Positions 61,019-64,000 of a stretch of 64,000 nucleotides of DNA are shown here, one piece after another. Source of the stretch: Mugilogobius chulae (lineage: Eukaryota); NCBI GenBank assembly GCA_046056395.1, contig CM100125.1, positions 45,077,576 to 45,141,575 on the forward strand, read 5' to 3'. Every line of letters starts with the position of its first letter. Positions within the stretch are counted from its first letter, which is position 1. The position numbers were made by a program, and so were the translations under genes. Below the pieces are notes generated by a model. The model did no database searches. It had not been told where the DNA came from and saw only the letters and a program-made list of their open reading frames with translations.

Positions 61019-64000
61019 CTGCATTCAATATATTTGCATGATGAGAAATTATGCAATGGGGAGACTTTTATGCAGGTCTACAATCAATAGAACCAATTTG
61101 AACCCGGCACAACAATTACATTTCGTAGAATGATTCATTGGCTAAAATATCTTTTGCAAGCATTGATTAACTTAAAAAAAAGCATTATGTGACCAACACT
61201 AAGCAGCTAAAAGTGCACATTGTCTGGAAAGTTCAAAAGTCAGATCCGTTTGGAGCAAAGAAATCACTCACAATAAGAAAGACTTACTGTTATTACTAAG
61301 TTAGTTCCGAATAAGTGTAAGATGAATAAGTGCAACGTTATATAGAAGAATAAAAAACATTTCAGCTAAAGCAACATGATCTCCATGGAGACAGAAATAG
61401 TACTTACTTTTTAATGAGTTAGTTTACATTAGAAACTTGACTGCATAAGTAACTCATGGCTAAATTGTGTTATCACGATTATCATGAGTTATTTAACAGC
61501 TTTACTTTACTTTTCACGACATTTTTTCACACTATTGAACAATAAATGAACAACTACAAAAAGGTTCAATTATCAATGTATTTATAGGAAAATGTAATTT
61601 AAAAGTTCATCTTAAAGCTGGGGTAGCTGTTATTTACACTGCAAACGCGATTTACCTTCTATAAATCTGCAAAACACATTGTTAATATTGTGTATGTATT
61701 ATTTTGGTTGCAATATGGCTTATAAACGTCTTCTTATAAGCAACAAAGTGAAACTAGAAAGGACCACCCAAGCATAGCCAATCAGAGCACTGCATTTGGA
61801 TCTGATGAAAACTAAAATTCTTTATTATTCGATTCAGACAGTACTCAGAGATCTCATTTTTCACAAAGTCCTGCATTTATCATATACTTTTTAGTGTAAA
61901 AAGTTTACTAATTTACAAGTAAAAAAAATAGTTACCCCAACTTAAATTAGTTTGTATGAGATCTTTAGTAAAATCTCCCTACACAAGATGGCTGCTGTGG
62001 AATTGGACATTTGTTGATAGCATACAAAGGCTACGCACGGTCTAGTCTAATACCATAAAATCTCCTAAAGCTAATATCTATAATAGTAAGAGACATTTAT
62101 ATTTACTTTACCAAACGTGCTGTCACTTTGGCCCCGCTCTTAGCTTGCATTTTTCTACTCTACAACTGAAGTTATTTATCAGCTTCAAGTCTGTGCTTGA
62201 GTTAACATCATTTGTGTTCTCATCCATGATTAATGTTGTTTTGTATTTGGTCTTCAGAGTCTAATAGGTCTGTTATGGATCAGCCTGTACTCCCAGCAGT
62301 TGTGGGGTGGCATGTTTAGACACTGCAAGACTAATTACTTCCACTTGTTCAGATGATTGTTTTACTATTTGCTTTGTGACTATAAACTTTATAACGTGTT
62401 TACTCCAGAGATCAGTTTTCAGTCACTATTAAGCAGTGATTATGTGTGAATATATACAGTGCATTTTCTCAGTTTAGAAAGCAGCAGTTATCATTAGTGC
62501 ACAGCTGTTCATGTCATATAATGTCATCTGAGCAATGAGGTCTGCTTAAGTCTTTCTTAGCACACATAAGAAATGTATAGCATGCACCAGACTGTGTCAA
62601 GAGCAAAGCTTTGTAGTAATGAGATAAGAGAACAATTTGTATGTTCATGGAGAATGTAAACATCTGATCTCTCATATGATGGTTTATGCAGGTTTCAGCA
62701 ATAAAAGTAACACTTTTTAATCAAAAATGAATGCAAAATTTCAATATTTTTAACAACATAACCGATATAACAAGGCATGTACGCATCTATGCTAAAACTA
62801 TTGGGCTGGAACTTTATTTTGTGTGTGTGATTTTTTTTATTATTTAAACAACAGAAGCCATTGGTTATGTTACAAACAAATAAATAAATAAAAGAAAGTA
62901 ATGATAAATTAAAAGTAAATTGATAATATTCATGAAAAAGTAATAAATAAAAATAAAATAATATTTTGTACATAACATCATCAAATCCCAGGTATAAATC
63001 AATTTTTAAGATATGTATTTACATGTAGAAATGCTATACTGCTATAATATTTAGCCCCATATACTGTATATGGAATGCTTGGAGCACACTTGAAACATAG
63101 GAGATCATTTCAAGATATCAGCAGAAAGCAGCATATGATGTTTAAAAAATGTAACCTATTGCATCAAAGTAGAACAAAAAACGTATTTACGCTAAAACTA
63201 TTGGTCTGGAACTTAAGCACTGGGCAGCAGAAAGACAAGTATAAAAAAATATAATCATTTTATAGGAACTTCAATTCAGTAGTAACATGCTGAATGCTTT
63301 CACACATTGTTCTGCCACAAACAGATAAAGAATCAACATCACAGACATTTTCATATCTCATATTTTTCTGCTACTGCACTTATTAAACACTGATAAAGGG
63401 TATAGTGTAGGTCACAGATTCAGTTTGATTATGTTCTTGACCCTCTGTTGGAATTCCAGATTTTACAGTGTCCTGCTGAAACTCTCATGGCTGAAATGTG
63501 TATGTTGGATGGATGAGTAGTTTTCATACTGTGTGGACTAAAATCTATTCAAACGCTTTTTACAAAGACCTGCCTCCTATGAGGACAAAAACCCATGTCC
63601 CCAAGAATTCATGCTATGTTAGATTAACAACATGGTTTAAAGTTCAAGATTATCAAAATCCAGTTAAATCAAACAAAAGTATGTAATTGTGCAACATAAT
63701 TATAAAAACTAACTCCTAAGTTACTCAAAGTAGTATTTTTTCCATACTACTAGAGCACGTTTCCATCAAATCCTTTTTATCACTTACTTTCAACTTCATC
63801 ATTTAAGGCGTACTAATGCTCTACCTTCTCTCTAAGCAATGAATCTTCTGATTAATTTCAATTTTATTTATTTAAAGTTAAGAGTTAAGTTAAGTTAAGA
63901 CTGGGCTCAAAATCCAGAAAATCAATGTATTCTTAAGTCAATGAAATTCCTCAAGAAGCATAAAAACCCAGCTTGTGTGTATCTGCATGTGTGTGTTTAG

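Noticed and set aside
61640-61665. Strong acceptor tgtgttttgcag followed 11 nt later by a donor GAAG|GTAAATCG on the minus strand
   Set aside because: An 11-nt exon is implausible without transcript evidence. Probably chance.
1-64000. Prokaryotic feature classes (operons, RBS, rho-independent terminators, CRISPR arrays) and tRNA or rRNA genes
   Set aside because: The sequence is clearly eukaryotic. No CRISPR-like spacer-repeat arrays were seen (the minisatellites have no unique spacers), no cloverleaf-type tRNA candidates stood out, and the only rRNA-like sequence is the 5S-derived SINE3 head.

Overview
This 64 kb window is vertebrate nuclear DNA, not prokaryotic. It is AT-rich, crowded with micro- and minisatellites, SINEs and hAT-type MITEs, and its exons are short, bounded by canonical AG|GT splice signals and separated by introns of 10-20 kb. 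The repeat content (DANA-like SINE, 5S-rRNA-derived SINE3, hAT elements with TAGGG(C/A)TGGG termini) points to a cyprinid or zebrafish-like teleost. The supplied ORF track is prokaryote-style (GTG/TTG/CTG starts, no splicing) and is only useful for spotting long open stretches.

Main content, all on the minus strand:
- The 5' half of a Golgi alpha-1,2-mannosidase IB gene (man1a2, GH47). Start codon at 45322, exon 1 at 45010-45322, exon 2 at about 24019-24221, exon 3 at 13651-13747. A CpG island upstream at about 46440-46800 is the probable promoter. Coordinates below 13650 are intron 3.
- About 12 kb of repeat-rich intergenic DNA upstream (46.8-58.8 kb).
- The 3' end of a trim45-like gene: filamin-type repeat exons at 60888-61018, 60381-60495 and 59497-59643 (stop), with poly(A) signals near 58.85 kb. 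Synteny with man1a2 matches the human TRIM45/MAN1A2 neighbourhood.

The most unusual items:
- A same-strand nested locus inside man1a2 intron 1 (28.9-30.9 kb). It is a 315-aa ORF with a good Kozak ATG, a basic N-terminus, tandem 41-aa acidic repeats and a unique C-terminus. It continues in shifted frames through further 60-aa repeats and runs directly into a G-rich 20-bp minisatellite with quadruplex potential.
- An apparent 1-nt frameshift in the signal-anchor region of man1a2 exon 1.

No CRISPR arrays, rRNA genes or tRNA genes were seen. Coordinates may be off by 1 near 24000-24181 (see rejected notes).
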